In this document: in pieces, positions 9,701 to 17,763 of the stretch
How positions within the stretch are numbered: position 1 is the stretch's first letter
Layout: each line of letters starts with the position of its first letter
Virus record (IMG/VR): IMGVR_UViG_3300024261_000039
Span: 1-55,339 of that record
Reading direction: 5' to 3' (one strand)
DNA length: 55,339 nucleotides
Origin: a virus
Lineage: Duplodnaviria; Caudoviricetes
Translations under genes and position numbers: made by a program
Notes under the pieces: model-generated
The model's input: only the letters and a program-made list of their open reading frames with translations
Database searches by the model: none
What the model was told of the DNA's origin: nothing

Positions 9701-12196
9701 CTGACTCCAAATCCAGATGACGATACTCAAGACAGTCTAGAAAAGGCTATGTTTGAAGTGGAAATGTTACACCAATCTCTAACAGGAATGGCCCATCTGG
9801 GGTACGCTGATCTCCTCACAAGCGTTGGTGGGGCGGCTAAACAATTACTCTCTAAGGGTGTCACCCTCAACCCAGCATTCAAAATACGAAATGTTATTAG
9901 GGATACCTTGACTGCGGTGGCTGTGGCTCCCATGAATCTCAACATCTTCAAGAATGCTTGGGCTGGGTACATGATTGCGAGAGATGCTGATAGCGAAACC
10001 AGAAAAGAAATGCAGTTTGGTGGAGGGGCTTTCTCCCACGGGTTCACCCGTGGCTCAGATGTGGAGGCTACAAAAGCCCTGATTGCGCGAGGTGTACCAC
10101 AAGAGAATATTCTGGACTCCCCGCAAAAAGTATTCGATAGGTTTAAGCAAGGTGCTGTTAACTTATATGAATGGTATGAGGAAGTGGGGTACAACTTAGA
10201 GAATGCCAACAGAGCCGCACAGTTTAAACAGTCGAAAGATAGGGGTGCTAATGCCTTAGAAAGAAACTTTGAAGCAAGAGATCATTTAGATTTTGGATCG
10301 CACGGTGCTAGTAAATTATTACGAGGCTTGACGCAAACGACAGCATTTTTGAACGCTAGGATACAAGGTCTCGACAAGTTAGCCAGAGCCTCTAGAGATA
10401 AGACTACAATCGAAGGCCGTCAGGTTCTTGACACTCAGCAGAAACAATTTTTTGCAATGGCCTCCGCGTATGTTGGCGTGTCCCTAGCCATGTGGTTCAT
10501 GATGAAAGATGACGAGGAGTACCAAAAACTCACGACTCATGAGAGAGCCACTTACCACGTTTTACGAGTTGGAGACTCTATGGTGTACATACCAAGAGCC
10601 TTTGAACTGGGGGCGGTCGCGGAGAGTGTTGAGCGGTTAACCGAGCAGGTATTCAAAGCACTAGAAGGTGAGGGGTTTGACGCTAAGTTTGTGGGTGAGC
10701 GGTTCTTACACCACCTAACCAGCACATTCAATTTTAATTTACCAACCGCCCTTGTGCCAGTGGTAGAAGTCGGGATTAACAAGAACTTCTTCACGGGTGG
10801 GGTGGTGGATAATACATCAGGGTTACGCGAAGACAGGACTAAGAGTACAACATCTAACTTAGCTAAGGCGGCTAGTTGGTTGTTCTCTCCAACGGGGGCT
10901 TTAGGACTTCCTCAAATGACGCCAATACAAGCAGACCACTTTATCCGTGGTTACACTGCTTGGTTTGGTACTACTGTAGCTGGGGTGGTGGACGCGGCAG
11001 TCAACCCAATGATGGAAGGTGCAGAGCCTGAGCCTTTTGATATACTCGACACTCCTGTTCTTAAAGATTTCATTAAAGAGATTGACGGGAAGTCTAGTAA
11101 CTTCTTTGTTGAGGAGTTCTACAAGCGTAGAGAACCTGCTAGGGAAATTGAAGGATCGCTACGGACAGTCCCAGAAGGTGACACTGAGCGTACAGAGGAG
11201 TTGCGCAAACTCGCAGAAGAGAAGGGGGTTGAGTTGTTCTCTGATGTAGGCAGGTCTATGGGTGAGATCAGAAAGGCTCTGAAAGAAAACAGAGCAGACA
11301 GGACTATCTCAGGAGAAGAAAGAGAGCGGGTACGGAAGGAATTGATTAACGAACGGAATCAAATAGCCAGAGAAATCTTTGAGGAAATTAAAGCGGTAGG
11401 TGAGGAAGACGAGGGGGAGGAAGAGAGTGAGAGCAGTGACTCATCTCTTCTTAACCTCATAGGTATAGGTGACGCCCACGCTGATGAAACGAAGGCCACG
11501 GGGGGTAGTGGTAAGTACATTGACCTGTCTCCAGAACCACTAACCCAAAAAGAACTACATGGTAAGAAAGGTAAAGGTCACGTTTTCTATGGGGCAGACG
11601 CTGTGGCTAAGGTTGAAGAGTTTGAAGGTGAGTTGCCACTAGCGGCCAGACGAGTTGTCGAACTTGAGGGTTTCGTAGATGTTCCTTATAAAGACCAGAA
11701 GGGTGTGGTGACCGCAGGTGTGGGGCAGACGGGAGACTTCATCCATCAGTCTTTTATGGACTCCTTTGAAGACCACGTTGACAGAGCGGAAGACAAAATT
11801 CCAAAGCTTAGAAAACTACCCGAAGCGTTACAAGCTGAACTTATCCAAGCTGAGTATCGGGGTGATCTTGGTCAGAGTCCTACGTTTGTGAAGTTGTTCA
11901 ACAACGGACAGTATAAACAGGCGGCCAAGGAATTCTTAGCCAACGATGAATATAAAGGGTACGTGGACGAGAGAGATAGTGGTGGTAAGACTAGTGGGAT
12001 CATCGCTAGGATGGAGGCCGTAAGCAAAGCTGTTAGTGACTACGCTGATAATAGTGGTAGTACCTATATCGTTAAGAAAGGAGATACCTTATTTAAAGTG
12101 GCTAAGAAATACAACCTATCAGTCCCTGAGTTGAAGAAGATGAACAACATCAAAGACGTATCTAAAATCAGGGTTGGTAAAAAGTTGAAAGTTTAA
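3725..12196 (+). CDS. Giant polyvalent ejection protein: zincin metallopeptidase-like, two ADP-ribosyltransferase-like domains, LPD38-like region, C-terminal lysozyme and LysM
   Basis: FLHEMLH...EEFLAY (~6480-6690); WYHGT...FASPDP...LGYDSL...IAVFDPSQLRS (~7028-8002); VTIYRAVP...GDWVT...EWGY (~8261-8452); ENANR...LDF...FLNARIQG...YIPRAFELG (~10200-10620); LEGFVDVPYKDQKGVVTAGVG (~11663-11725); YIVKKGDTLFKVAKKYNLSVPELKKMN (~12065-12193). Confidence 0.8.
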   Translation: MESKFGNQQEVDFDAMLSDIDAMLGETSEPSTVEASGGTVDFDTMLSDIDAMLAEPTTATSIEPRTEDRTWVGDMIDDKSSVYNQFNDAISNDFTKQITMGANAGFEGMLRTADTLFSDGVDGEYINRLKQNSRDVEDSLSEEQKTANRKEFFTDNPDGSWSVNSDAFLDFDKVTGVMAQGVGSLIPTMMGGGAIRGAGAIQVGGKSINKGINFLAGKVGATKTLTSRPKLREFLKKAGSKGLGFGASSTSMVVGGVSGDIQDHVRSMPIEILSKAPIYLEKRDELLDQGIPLAKAEIQAREEVALELGHWGMAKSAPLAMLLGTYAGRYIEDAFTSKVTGGLLKKSLIGLVVESGTEAGEGAQEQLVKNIQTQKVDPSVKTWQGVGESSVAEGLGGFGVAGGMSVAGGAVRKLGMKGADLRQREELLSQQLNQDGSTRVQDHLDEQLRQPQEQEQQSEEQVIFTEEDMAELQRLEAIVLEEERAELALSRHRESKRRQQEILNRSVSNLGGEVVSSEIDSAYQQVDTQNQEQVEAAYAQQERQGAGSPDSLEDLNTGATLATTLSDRAVNRFNSGIQQAEEHAIAEDEKSERLLSAIAKRDAILSKHPDFHGETLVFLDEIQESVQGEAVVKKIAEREITALNNAVDSLEALPKMTEQQGRLYEDAVELLDMGGMGVDIANTLTQRIQRTLPTTETVVEETEQVTEQVAETPHVGKVTRRFEGESSDGIHPPTVYTGAIDGIDVEIYQDELSGVWGYEDPSTGNLIDLSENEKYNYPKEAIKKLTTIVGDPTVDVDTLRKADVKIPSSKSKGFEVDEDPNDLDDLSFSTGEGQVSGETTETISSLLSSTYRKAKALLKNKEIVVVQSVADLPQAMQERGRANASLDVTKRVEGLYDPQTKTTFIVADQVSKETINKVFLHEMLHKALAENPKLKAKLEGNIGGLKKVFEQVESGEFSGANKKIYEAAMSRVDKANTSPEQRFEEFLAYIVTEYNNNPNSLPEHIQKFVKDLIAQVRQALMGMGVELKNLSPADLNAMAIAAIKTQGVETQGDGVLGSNEYQGNDPKEREEWLASEAKGLDMSTPARMARAIKMGYDITKRWYHGTPVVFNTTDPNNPIGIHTKHTTDLAGTKYTATYTEASHPTNPAGLETYDQNGLTFASPDPRLAQIFAKEDRENPNIIPLFVKAEKTFDGRDKAQREELFAQLVLDLHDTDSIQFANFKRAGRSNEHRGLGDLSDKHNWWGDGSHNEKLQEILDDTNHEKYAYLVGRIEGYLKKQIAGIQNGDFVQLEQVSTVEALKELGYDSLYVSEEPNVNIDQHEYTTEYKSFDTKNEADTFLEEQLKVWEVTKDNLVAIADSYNYMYPHTSTQSRMDEALSEAEELKPIRLDSGGEFEVSYRKRLEAERSDPQSSRNIAVFDPSQLRSPHAAFDTERAQSNDLLASQAPISTSEEYRMEHTSSARGEGRSADDLSNVYPDDLYTHGVQYYGTGDVGDQNAIDILADLKDNPNGIVTIYRAVPPDVDEINHGDWVTITESYAQEHGERHMEREGFHVISEEVRAKDIFTDGDSLHEWGYHPATFAPMESVKGDTESTSEKSQDDFLFSIAQTNDPDANSAMGKMGPTNTPKSPKDRLEKTAKNVRGFFTRQNLADQYDSFRRIGDKKTSWMLARMSNLGSNIVEGAIKIGSPIFHEDGSGGMTYKAGSRSLTDILAPLQGEIDYFLAFRAGHRAEDFLRSAEVGNVQVNDLTYTMKLAKKRRTAIRNAIKNRVNLTRAERKSLIAEEKEINAHLKVKKAELKVAREKAKSKEKLFTPAEVQALKNLPDTLEGDIGGRSRREVYEEVAKEFDAMHEDFVQLGVDTGLFSEQQAQEWRDGGVYIPFHRLNDDDEQTSMHSPSGLTKLTEQDGTHTLKGSEKNLDDLLTNVLMNWAHITDAALHNQAATSVTRDLHQDGGIAKAEIFQGNKTQYEEAQKDENRYVYWVRMGGEKVLIELTPNPDDDTQDSLEKAMFEVEMLHQSLTGMAHLGYADLLTSVGGAAKQLLSKGVTLNPAFKIRNVIRDTLTAVAVAPMNLNIFKNAWAGYMIARDADSETRKEMQFGGGAFSHGFTRGSDVEATKALIARGVPQENILDSPQKVFDRFKQGAVNLYEWYEEVGYNLENANRAAQFKQSKDRGANALERNFEARDHLDFGSHGASKLLRGLTQTTAFLNARIQGLDKLARASRDKTTIEGRQVLDTQQKQFFAMASAYVGVSLAMWFMMKDDEEYQKLTTHERATYHVLRVGDSMVYIPRAFELGAVAESVERLTEQVFKALEGEGFDAKFVGERFLHHLTSTFNFNLPTALVPVVEVGINKNFFTGGVVDNTSGLREDRTKSTTSNLAKAASWLFSPTGALGLPQMTPIQADHFIRGYTAWFGTTVAGVVDAAVNPMMEGAEPEPFDILDTPVLKDFIKEIDGKSSNFFVEEFYKRREPAREIEGSLRTVPEGDTERTEELRKLAEEKGVELFSDVGRSMGEIRKALKENRADRTISGEERERVRKELINERNQIAREIFEEIKAVGEEDEGEEESESSDSSLLNLIGIGDAHADETKATGGSGKYIDLSPEPLTQKELHGKKGKGHVFYGADAVAKVEEFEGELPLAARRVVELEGFVDVPYKDQKGVVTAGVGQTGDFIHQSFMDSFEDHVDRAEDKIPKLRKLPEALQAELIQAEYRGDLGQSPTFVKLFNNGQYKQAAKEFLANDEYKGYVDERDSGGKTSGIIARMEAVSKAVSDYADNSGSTYIVKKGDTLFKVAKKYNLSVPELKKMNNIKDVSKIRVGKKLKV

Positions 12197-12202
12197 TATA
12201 CT
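12174..12202 (+). promoter_or_regulatory. Sigma70-like promoter directly upstream of a structured RNA
   Basis: TTGGTA (12174-79), 17 bp, TATACT (12197-202); predicted +1 at ~12208-12209. Confidence 0.45.
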
Positions 12203-12207
12203 GAAGA

Positions 12208-12270
12208 TGAGAGGCAGAAGGTAGTGCGAAAGCACAAGGGACTCCATCCCTGTTGGCCTTCTGCCTTTCA
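12208..12270 (+). ncRNA. Three-way-junction RNA (c4-antisense-like architecture), or a sib/tI-like element for int
   Basis: 14-bp closing stem 12208-21/12257-70, hairpin GTGC-GAAA-GCAC (GNRA loop), hairpin AGGGA-CTCCA-TCCCT. Confidence 0.5.
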
Positions 12271-12275
12271 CCCTT

Positions 12276-12454
12276 GACAGCATTTAGACAGCACGACTCC
12301 TAAGTTATTGATATATATAAGAGTCATAAGTATCATTGTAAACTTAAATGGTACATATGACTCTTATAAATCAAGGGCTTAGGGTGTGGTAATTCAAACA
12401 TATACGCTCACTATACGCTAGGTATACTCTCCATTCGACAACATTCGGACAGCC
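12276..12454. other. Putative attP site
   Basis: Directly downstream of int. Two inverted WATCAANNNNTTR IHF matches (12301-13, 12369-81) flank a perfect 13-bp inverted repeat (12316-28/12356-68). Paired arm-type repeats GACAGCA (12276, 12287) and GACAACA/GACAGCC (12437, 12448) both have 11-bp spacing. Confidence 0.7.
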
Positions 12455-13611
12455 TCCAATCGCTCCATCATCTTACCACCATTATCCCCCGCCTCTGTAG
12501 GAATAAACTTGCTGTACGTCTTTGCTGTAAATGCCCAATTACTATGACCCATCTGTTGAGATACCCACATAGGATGCTCTCCCGCACTTAGCATTTGGGA
12601 GCAGTAAGTATGTCGCATCTGGTAAGGTCTTCTATAACGAACCCCCGCCTTCTTCAAGATGGTCACCCACCGTCTATACAAATCATTTGAATTCTTCCAA
12701 CGAGTCGGTGCTGTCTTAGTCGCATCCCACCCAGTTGAGCCTATCGGTTCTTGGAAAACTTCCTCTCCCTTTAAATAGGTTAATGCCTTCTGAGACTTCA
12801 AGACTGCGAGAGCAGGGGGCAGTAGTTCAACTGTCCGTGTACCTGCCGATGTCTTCGTGTCCTGTAAGTCTTCAGAGTGGTGGGTCAGAGAATGACAAAC
12901 GTGGACAGTACCCGTGACCAAGTCAACATCACGCCACGAAAGCGCAAACAACTCCGATGGCCTCAAGCCTGTCCAGAACCCAAATTCAATCAAGGCTTTA
13001 ATCTGTCCAGTTGCTGTGTTAACTATGGCGTTGATCTCTGCAATGGAGAATGGGTCGATACTTTCCTTGGTAACTTTCTTTTCAAAGAAACTACGGCCTA
13101 ACTTTCTCCCGTATATCGGGTTGCTAGGAATCACATCGTCATCCACGGCCTCATTCAAAGTCTGCCTCAACACTGTGAGCATGGAGTTTGCTCTGGATCG
13201 GGTTGGGTTAAACGAGCGAATGCACTTCTTGATGTCTGACCACGTTAACTCATGTATCTGAATCTTACCCAACGTGGGTGACAACTCATTGTTGACGATA
13301 CGTGTGTAGTTGTAGACCGTCACGGGCGCGAGGTCTGTCCTCTCCAGAAATCTAGACAGATAGAAATCTAGGACGGAAGTCTTAGTCTCTGCTATGGCGC
13401 GTTTGGAATTAGGAAAGAAGTCTGCATACGCAAACGTCCCTCGCTCAATTGCATCTAACACACTCGCTCTTCTGAGTACTGCTTTCTTGAACCCCGCCTT
13501 GGTTGGTGGGATTGCGAGTCGTTCACGGCAACGCTGACCGTTAAACGTGAACGATATTTCTACTGACGATTCGGACGCCTTACGACATCCTTTGTACTTT
13601 GGCTCACCCAT
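12418..13611 (-). CDS. int: Tyrosine integrase with N-terminal arm-binding domain
   Basis: TGLRPSELFAL, TKT, YQMRHTY, QMGHS and TYSKF catalytic motifs; N-terminal ISFTFNGQRCRERL. Confidence 0.97.
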   Translation of the reverse strand: MGEPKYKGCRKASESSVEISFTFNGQRCRERLAIPPTKAGFKKAVLRRASVLDAIERGTFAYADFFPNSKRAIAETKTSVLDFYLSRFLERTDLAPVTVYNYTRIVNNELSPTLGKIQIHELTWSDIKKCIRSFNPTRSRANSMLTVLRQTLNEAVDDDVIPSNPIYGRKLGRSFFEKKVTKESIDPFSIAEINAIVNTATGQIKALIEFGFWTGLRPSELFALSWRDVDLVTGTVHVCHSLTHHSEDLQDTKTSAGTRTVELLPPALAVLKSQKALTYLKGEEVFQEPIGSTGWDATKTAPTRWKNSNDLYRRWVTILKKAGVRYRRPYQMRHTYCSQMLSAGEHPMWVSQQMGHSNWAFTAKTYSKFIPTEAGDNGGKMMERLEAVRMLSNGEYT

Positions 13612-13760
13612 GCCTCATACCCCTCTATATCAATGTGTACCCGCCCATCAGGTGACTTAACAGTGAACTGCCAAGCACCCGTGGACACCTTTTCTCTGAT
13701 GGCACGTTCTGAATACCCCGTAAGGTCTGCCATCTTCTTGATTAAAACATATCGGGTCAC
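13560..13760 (-). CDS. xis: Excisionase
   Basis: Small basic winged-HTH (YVLIKKMADLTGYSERAIREKV...KSPDGRVHID...YEAWV) overlapping the int start; GTG start at 13760 is inferred. Confidence 0.8.
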   Translation of the reverse strand: MTRYVLIKKMADLTGYSERAIREKVSTGAWQFTVKSPDGRVHIDIEGYEAWVSQSTKDVVRRPNRQ

Positions 13761-13761
13761 G

Positions 13762-14256
13762 TTAACCGTGGAGATAAGCTGAAGAAAATGTGTGGGTTGA
13801 GGGGTTAATGCCCCGCAGTCCACCTGTATTGTTAAAAAGGAGTGGCGGTTCTTCTGACTCTGCCACACCTGCCATTAGAATGTTAATACAATCCATGTAC
13901 ATATCGCGTTTGTTCCATATCCACCCACCCTTCTCATTCTTTTGGTAGTTTGCGAAAGTTGCCCCGCTGATGGACTTCTCTCGCTCTGGCCCATCGTTGG
14001 TGTCAAGGTTGAGGGCATACGTGACAATACCTTCTCCCGTAGCGTTGAACACCATACCGTCCATACAGTCTAGGTGACATCCCGATTCAAACACCACGAC
14101 TTCTCTGCCCCAATAGATGTTCAAATCTCTGATACATCTGGTTAAATATTTCCTGAGAAACCTACACTCCGCATCTTCTGGCAACTTAGCTATCTTTGCC
14201 TCAAGTGTCAGGCCACGAATGCCCCGCACTTTACCTCTCCCTGTTGTGCTACTCAT
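13762..14256 (-). CDS. Hypothetical protein
   Basis: 164-aa ORF translationally coupled in the leftward operon. Confidence 0.65.
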   Translation of the reverse strand: MSSTTGRGKVRGIRGLTLEAKIAKLPEDAECRFLRKYLTRCIRDLNIYWGREVVVFESGCHLDCMDGMVFNATGEGIVTYALNLDTNDGPEREKSISGATFANYQKNEKGGWIWNKRDMYMDCINILMAGVAESEEPPLLFNNTGGLRGINPSTHTFSSAYLHG

Positions 14257-14549
14257 AGGTATAGCATCTCCTTGATATAAGAAACCCTCGCGCCTTGAGC
14301 CTTGGCCTCTTTGCGAATCTCAACCTCAGTCATACGCTGACCACCATGCAGTGCATATGTCGGTTTCCAATCGCCAATCTCAGTCGGTATGAGTGAGTAA
14401 CTAAATCCACTCTGGTGCTTGATCCTCAAACTGGTTACAGGTCTGCGAGTACCTGCTTCATACGATGGGGAGGGCTTGCTCTCATCGTCTTTGTACACGG
14501 GAGTCTTCGGCACTCCTTTCGTTCCCGCCTTGCGTCCCGCCTTAGCCAT
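14253..14549 (-). CDS. Hypothetical basic protein
   Basis: Coupled ORF with RBS GGGGG. Confidence 0.6.
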   Translation of the reverse strand: MAKAGRKAGTKGVPKTPVYKDDESKPSPSYEAGTRRPVTSLRIKHQSGFSYSLIPTEIGDWKPTYALHGGQRMTEVEIRKEAKAQGARVSYIKEMLYL

Positions 14550-14892
14550 TCACAACCCCCGATACTTTAGGTTTAGGGTTCCGCTGAGAGTAGGTGCTAC
14601 TGTGATGTTTCTCACGCTTAGTCAAGTACGCGATCATCCGTAACAAATAGAAACTTCCCTTCAACAGAGAGGACAACCCGCCCTTGCCCCTGTAACGCAA
14701 CACGTACTTGAGAACCTGAGATAAATAGAATGCCTCTTTGCCATCACGGATATCTGCGACAGCAGTCTCAATGATGTCAATCACCTCTAGCCCAGTGTCA
14801 CCAAATTTATAGTGCGATGGGTTATTTACTTCTCGATCTCTAGCCTCGTCCAACAACCGCCCATTGTGTGCGACATGATCTACCTCAGACAT
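14542..14892 (-). CDS. DUF3310 family protein
   Basis: VNNPSHY...EVIDII...F..SQVLKYVLRYRGKGG..L.KG.FYL signature. Confidence 0.85.
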   Translation of the reverse strand: MSEVDHVAHNGRLLDEARDREVNNPSHYKFGDTGLEVIDIIETAVADIRDGKEAFYLSQVLKYVLRYRGKGGLSSLLKGSFYLLRMIAYLTKREKHHSSTYSQRNPKPKVSGVVNG

Positions 14893-15014
14893 TTACAACT
14901 CTCCATAACTAATAATAACTTCCCGAATAAAAAACTTGATACCCCTACAATTGCAATGATGGGGGCAATGAATAATAGGTACACCCCCAACACAACCATG
15001 TATAAGTAACTCAC
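14880..15014 (-). CDS. Small membrane protein (44 aa, not in ORF track)
   Basis: GTG start overlaps the helicase stop; MSYLYMVVLGVYLLFIAPIIAIVGVSSFLFGKLLLV is hydrophobic and fills the operon gap. Confidence 0.5.
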   Translation of the reverse strand: MSYLYMVVLGVYLLFIAPIIAIVGVSSFLFGKLLLVMESCKCLR

Positions 15015-16363
15015 GCTAACCCCTCTAGTAATGACTTCTGCACATCTTGTTTATGCACCAATGCACGGACAACCTTCTCGTCAATAGTGTCAGTAGTGAC
15101 TAGGTGATGTGCAGTCACCGTGCCTGATACCCCTTGTCTGTAGAGTCTCCCAATGGCTTGTTGGAACTGCTCATTACTCCACGTTGGGGAGAAGAAACAC
15201 ATTCGCGTGGCTCCACCTTTCTGAAGGTTGAGTCCGTGGGCCATGGAGCCATAGTGACCGCACAGCACTGGCAACTTAACCTTTGGGTTATTCCACCGAT
15301 CAACAACACCCTCATCTTTTATATGTTCAACCGTGGGGAATCTCGCCTTGATCCGTTCCCAATCTGATTTAAATTCGTAGAAGACTAGTAAGGGTTTGTC
15401 ATCCCCCTCAATCAACTCACCCAAGGCATACAGCTTGGCATCGTGGATGATGTGAGAAAACCCATCCTCGTCATACACAAACCCATTCGCACATTGCCGC
15501 AACTTTCCTGACAACACAGCGGCATTGACAGCAGTGATAGGAGTTTGATTCAGTTCCAGATAAAAATCTCGCTCCAACTCCGTATAAACTTTCTTAGCGT
15601 TGTGGTTCTGAGTAACGCGGATGGTGTTGTGGATCAGGGGCGGGAGGTCTAAGTAATCCTCTGCCGATAATCTCAGCGTGATGTCTGATATAGCTTGGGT
15701 GATGCGCGTCACGGAACCGTCCTTCGGCTCCCATGTATATTCCATGTAGTCGGTAGGGTAGAAGTACCTCTTTTTAAAAATCCTAAACGACTTACCTAAC
15801 CTCTCACCCCCATCGATTAAAAAATATTGGGGCCATAAAGACAGGAGAGTGTCTGCCGATGGTGTGGCTGACATCATGTAAACCCTTTCAACTTTCTTGC
15901 GAATCTTCTTCATGATCTTGACCCGCTTAGAGTTGTGAGTCTTCAAGGCACTGGCCTCGTCACAGATCACAGTGTCGAAAGGAAACTCCTTACCCTCATA
16001 AAATTTGTACAGCCACTCCAACAAGTTATAACTAACCACAACAATCTGCGGTAACTCACCGTTCAAGATATCTGATCGTTGGGTTGGCGTCCCTGTCAGC
16101 ACGGTCATGGTCATATGACGTAAGTGATCCCAACCCTGTAACTCCTGTAGCCACACATCCTTCGCTACCCGTGGGGGAGCAACAACCAAGGTGTTCTTTG
16201 TTCTTCCAAGCACCATGAGGTCAAGGATTAAGGTCAGGGCAGAGACTGTCTTCCCAAGACCACAGTCCTCTGCGACATAGCACCCGCCCTTATCTGATAA
16301 CTCAAGCCCTACCGCCACCACGCGGTTTTGGTAGGGGTGCATTTGATTACGAGTGAGCATCAA
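15011..16363 (-). CDS. SNF2-family helicase
   Basis: DCGLGKT (motif I), CDEAS (II), SATP (III), HGLNLQ (V), QAIGRLYRQG (VI). Confidence 0.93.
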   Translation of the reverse strand: MMLTRNQMHPYQNRVVAVGLELSDKGGCYVAEDCGLGKTVSALTLILDLMVLGRTKNTLVVAPPRVAKDVWLQELQGWDHLRHMTMTVLTGTPTQRSDILNGELPQIVVVSYNLLEWLYKFYEGKEFPFDTVICDEASALKTHNSKRVKIMKKIRKKVERVYMMSATPSADTLLSLWPQYFLIDGGERLGKSFRIFKKRYFYPTDYMEYTWEPKDGSVTRITQAISDITLRLSAEDYLDLPPLIHNTIRVTQNHNAKKVYTELERDFYLELNQTPITAVNAAVLSGKLRQCANGFVYDEDGFSHIIHDAKLYALGELIEGDDKPLLVFYEFKSDWERIKARFPTVEHIKDEGVVDRWNNPKVKLPVLCGHYGSMAHGLNLQKGGATRMCFFSPTWSNEQFQQAIGRLYRQGVSGTVTAHHLVTTDTIDEKVVRALVHKQDVQKSLLEGLA

Positions 16364-16643
16364 GACCTTCGATTGAGATGATGGGCCTTCCCTTCAACAA
16401 GACCTCAGCGTCATTCTCTAACGTGACTAACCTAGCATTGAGATCATCGAGAGCGTGTCTCGTAGATGTCCGTAGGTGTAGGTACTCTTCTGATGGCATC
16501 ACGGTGAGTTGTTCAACCGTGGACACCTCAACTGCCAACTCAGCTACAGTGTTACTGACGCGGTTTATCTCTGACAAACCAAAGGCCGAGAGGCCACACG
16601 CTATCCCAAGTAAGAGGATTAGACACGCTTCAAACCTCGTCAT
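16347..16643 (-). CDS. Hypothetical membrane-anchored coiled-coil protein
   Basis: N-terminal hydrophobic helix; RBS AAGGAG. Confidence 0.6.
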   Translation of the reverse strand: MTRFEACLILLLGIACGLSAFGLSEINRVSNTVAELAVEVSTVEQLTVMPSEEYLHLRTSTRHALDDLNARLVTLENDAEVLLKGRPIISIEGLDAHS

Positions 16644-16772
16644 TGTCTGTCTCCTTACATAATTTTATCAGGTACTCCTCAACCCCCGTGGGTTGTTTTT
16701 CTTCCATATAAACATCACCAATCACAGGTTGTGGGGGCAATACCCACTCGATAATCCTGCACCAAATATTAC

Positions 16773-17048
16773 TCATTTTGCATACTCCTTAATTAAGTTA
16801 TCCACCCCGTCCTTAGAATCAACCACCTTAACCGTCATGCCCAGACACCGCAGTACACGATGCTCATGAGCCTGTAGTTCAGTGGGCTTTTTCCCCAGTG
16901 CCTTAACCTCAACTGCGAGGATGACATTGGGGAAAAGTACTAGTCGATCAGGGACGCCACGGTGCGATGGTGAAGACCATTTATATGATCTTCCACCGTG
17001 GCGTTTAACCTGATCAGCTAGATACTTCTCGATATCCCTTTCACGCAA
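16773..17048 (-). CDS. VRR-NUC domain nuclease
   Basis: ERDIE...GVPDRL...VEVKA...PTELQ motif, next to the SNF2 helicase. Confidence 0.9.
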   Translation of the reverse strand: MRERDIEKYLADQVKRHGGRSYKWSSPSHRGVPDRLVLFPNVILAVEVKALGKKPTELQAHEHRVLRCLGMTVKVVDSKDGVDNLIKEYAK

Positions 17049-17052
17049 AGGG

Positions 17053-17763
17053 TTACTTCGTTCCCGCTAAAAACTCCTGTTCAAGCTTTGCTTTGTTTGG
17101 CGGGATGCCGATCTTCGATTGCTTCACTGCATCTTCATGCGTGTCAAACCAACCTAGTATGTCGAACTGTGGCGCGGCACTCCCTCTTGGATTGTACTTA
17201 TTCGGCATCATGTACGATGTCATGGAGATCATCGGCATCTGATACTTGCCCGTTGATCTGGCATTAGCGATATATGCCTTTGCCATTGAACCCAGTGCGC
17301 GTTTACCACCCACCGTACTGGTAGAGAATTTAAACTTCTCACCGTTACGGGAGTCCTCAGTTGACGGATCGTCAACCAAAGAAAAGGTGACGCCCATGGA
17401 CTCAGTCCACCCATCAGTGTTGCCATCCACGTAGGGATACTCAGGTGCGAGGGTTGCCAAGTCTGATGGAAGAATAAAGTTCTGTGTACCCTTCTCAACG
17501 TCAGAGAAGAGGACAGACAACTCTGCTACTGGGGGTTGCTTAGGCACACTTCCCCAACACAAAAACCCTTTTGCCATTGTGCCTTGGATATCTGCTAAAA
17601 AGATTTCATCAGGCATGATGAGTTCTTCTTCATCTTTCTTGCCGAAAAGAAAATCTCCCCCTGAGAATTTCAAGAAATGGGTACGGTCTTCTGGTGATGA
17701 TGGTGCGTCAAGTGCGTCAAATACTGACGCGCCTTGTGCGGCTATAGTTGCTAATTCGCTCAT
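17053..17763 (-). CDS. Putative ssDNA-binding/recombination protein
   Basis: Sits between the exonuclease and VRR-NUC; FLKF..GDF.FG N-terminus and P.F.I.GW C-terminus recur in such modules. Function is inferred. Confidence 0.45.
   Translation of the reverse strand: MSELATIAAQGASVFDALDAPSSPEDRTHFLKFSGGDFLFGKKDEEELIMPDEIFLADIQGTMAKGFLCWGSVPKQPPVAELSVLFSDVEKGTQNFILPSDLATLAPEYPYVDGNTDGWTESMGVTFSLVDDPSTEDSRNGEKFKFSTSTVGGKRALGSMAKAYIANARSTGKYQMPMISMTSYMMPNKYNPRGSAAPQFDILGWFDTHEDAVKQSKIGIPPNKAKLEQEFLAGTK

Noticed and set aside
12208-12270. tRNA gene or hammerhead ribozyme (also considered for 34325-34386)
   Set aside because: No T-loop GTTCRA or four-arm cloverleaf, and no CUGANGA core.
12318-12350. 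dif/XerCD site
   Set aside because: CATAA is present but the XerD arm TTATGTTAAAT is not matched; the phage has its own integrase and arm sites.
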